DNA of 64,000 nucleotides from an uncultured Alphaproteobacteria bacterium (GTDB lineage Bacteria; Pseudomonadota; Alphaproteobacteria; Rs-D84): NCBI GenBank assembly GCA_944392775.1, contig CALXXV010000011.1, positions 8,315 to 72,314 of the forward strand, read 5' to 3'. Shown piece by piece: positions 63,916 to 64,000 of this stretch (position 1 is its first letter; each line of letters starts with the position of its first letter). The notes under the pieces were generated by a model. It saw only the letters and a program-made list of their open reading frames with translations, ran no database searches and was not told where the DNA came from. The position numbers and the translations under genes were made by a program.

Positions 63916-63991
63916 TGGTGCCAGTTGTCGGACTTGAACCAACGACCCTCTGATTACAAATCAGATGCTCTACCAGCTGAGCTAAACTGGC
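63916..63991 (-). tRNA. trnT: tRNA-Thr (anticodon TGT), CCA end encoded
   Basis: Manual cloverleaf on the minus strand: acceptor GCCAGTT/AACTGGC, anticodon arm TCTGA-TTTGTAA-TCAGA, T-loop TTCAAGT, 76 nt. Confidence 0.93.
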
Positions 63992-64000
63992 AACGTGCTT

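Overview
This is an AT-rich, densely coding bacterial chromosome segment, and all calls come from reading the translations and DNA by eye with no database searches. The gene content points to an alphaproteobacterium. Markers are a GapR/DUF2312 protein, olsB-olsA ornithine-lipid genes, the rpmF-plsX and fabH-ihfA pairs, a SPOR-tailed PBP5-type carboxypeptidase and an MltB-type lytic transglycosylase. Most of the window is housekeeping: def-fmt-truA, pyk, recR-rsmA, lspA, yidC, tRNA-Trp-secE-nusG-rplKAJL-rpoBC, proS, ldh and sodB. Three tRNAs are present (Trp-CCA, Arg-CCT, Thr-TGT). I saw no rRNA, CRISPR array, transposase or integrase. Two accessory regions stand out. (1) A compact minus-strand virB8-virB9-virB10 type IV secretion core module (16.86-21.71 kb) has no ATPase, pilin or coupling-protein genes next to it. 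Its architectures are atypical: VirB9 carries a C-terminal SPOR domain, and an 840-aa VirB10 has extra N-terminal and Cys-rich C-terminal domains. Two small uncharacterised genes and a structured intergenic region lie just downstream. (2) A block of about 10 kb (35.4-45.4 kb) splits the normally contiguous plsX-fabH pair and ends at tRNA-Arg(CCT). It encodes a Pmp-repeat autotransporter, an orphan mraZ with a triple direct-repeat operator-like promoter, a 754-aa secreted Thr/Arg-rich and Cys-rich protein, a PLD lipoprotein, guaC and a Cys/His-rich membrane protein. A pair of tiny Cys-rich ORFs is also wedged into the def-fmt-truA operon. None of these can be proven novel without searches, so the hypotheses are marked as inference.
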